Source of the DNA: Raillietiella orientalis
Lineage: Eukaryota
Direction of reading: 5' to 3'
DNA length: 64,000 nucleotides
Assembly: GCA_036172245.1 (NCBI GenBank)
Contig: JAYWIR010000004.1
Span: 992,001-1,056,000, forward strand
A model generated the notes under the pieces. It did not search any database, was not told the DNA's origin, and was given only the letters and a program-made list of their open reading frames with translations. The position numbers and the translations under genes were made by a program. This document shows positions 62,999-64,000 of the stretch, in pieces. How positions within the stretch are numbered: the first letter of the stretch is position 1; each line of letters begins with the position of its first letter.

Positions 62999-63669
62999 TT
63001 ATCCATTAGATATTCGTGCTTTAGTTGTCTCTAATGAAAAGCGATCAAATGGCATTAAAGGATGTGTGCGAGAGCCTCTCTTGCGAGCAATACATGTCCA
63101 GAGAATTCTTATCTTCAAACTAATATTCCACTTGAAAGCAGAGCGAAGGCAGAACCTGAAGCTCTTGAACAGATTCAAGGATCGCCGGACGCTTAACACG
63201 ATATGAAAAAGTCTCCATTCTCCGAGAACCCTCTCCGACTCTAAGCTGAAATCAAGCCCTATGCACGTACTCGACGAGAATAAACCAATTTTTGTTTTAG
63301 CTGGAGGAATCTTCATGGCACCCTAACATTCATTCCGGAGGTTTTCATGGCTTCAGCAAAAATCTGGAATTCACTGGAAACTGGCAAATAATTGCAGCTG
63401 CTTTATAATTCCCTTGGTTTAGCACAGAAGCTGTAAGATATACATATACATATACATACGTACATAATATATATATATATATATATATATTGGTGCATAC
63501 ATAAGGCGACTGGGAAGCAGAAATATTCTTTGGAGATGAATTTATGAGACTTTAGCAATCCACGCCAATCAATAGCTGTGGTAACGGGAAACCTTTTCTT
63601 ACAATGAAACTGACTGATCAACTGACCTTGCTGATCTTTTCCGCTGACTAGACTATCGATTGAAAACAT
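62999..63669 (-). pseudogene. Possible N-terminal fragment of the same family
   Basis: KEYFCFPV (ORF 63403-63669) and GLF...GEWRLFHIVL (62999-63316) resemble the N-terminal motifs of the other copies. Weak match, interrupted by a TA microsatellite. Confidence 0.25.
63437..63490. repeat. (TA)n/(TACA)n microsatellite
   Basis: Directly visible. Confidence 0.9.
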
Positions 63670-63866
63670 TTCATGCTTACTGCATATTCAAATGCCGAAA
63701 CAGGTATGTATATGTTTAGTGTCTTCAACAAGAATGATTGCGATTCACAATAAGGCCGTCCCCATCATATGCGACCCACGTTTCAAGTGCTTAACGTGTA
63801 GATGGAGCCGACTGCAGCCAGCTCACGTGAAAAGGGACCATTTAGTTTGTCTGAAAAATTCGTTCC

Positions 63867-63900
63867 TTTAGTCCCGTCGACCGTAGTCGACGGGACTAAA
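63867..63900. repeat. Perfect 15-bp stem, 4-nt loop hairpin
   Basis: tttagtcccgtcgac-cgta-gtcgacgggactaaa. Confidence 0.95.
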
Positions 63901-64000
63901 AGACGAAGTGGACAAAGGCGACCATCGGATAAAAGTCAAGCGCTTACCCTCCGGTGCGAGTCCAAAAGCCAAGTGAGATTGTATCGTAGCAGATTCTTAG

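Noticed and set aside
63840..63900. Helitron 3' end (hairpin plus CTRR)
   Set aside because: The CTAA on the minus strand is ~19 nt from the hairpin and is followed by A rather than T; no matching 5' TC end was identified.
1..64000. Prokaryotic features: operons, CRISPR arrays, defence islands, rRNA/tRNA
   Set aside because: No dense intact ORFs, no regularly spaced repeats and no recognisable structural RNA. Spliceosomal introns, microsatellites and LINEs indicate a eukaryote.

Overview
Eukaryotic, probably arthropod, genomic DNA: no operons, CRISPR arrays, rRNA or tRNA were recognisable. The only clearly intact host gene is an adenosine-receptor-like GPCR on the minus strand. Two of its exons lie in the window (55017-55207, TM4-TM5; 45227-45646, TM6-TM7 and C-terminus), joined by a 9.4-kb GT-AG intron. 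The TM1-TM3 exons were not found and probably lie beyond base 64000. Most of the rest is decayed repeat DNA of two kinds. (1) GC-rich, nested, frameshifted L1/Tx1-type LINE remnants (ORF1, APE, RT and zf-RVT pieces), two of which share a structured 3' UTR. (2) About 8-9 more AT-rich, intronless, heavily disabled ~2-3 kb copies of what appears to be one gene family: an N-terminal NERD-like (PD-(D/E)XK) nuclease followed by an SF1/Schlafen-like helicase, dispersed on both strands and inside the GPCR intron. This family is the most interesting candidate system, but it rests on by-eye motif matching across frameshifts and needs HMM confirmation. There is also a near-perfect 812-bp inverted duplication, several perfect palindromes and three orphan exon-like segments. 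Boundaries of degenerate elements are approximate.
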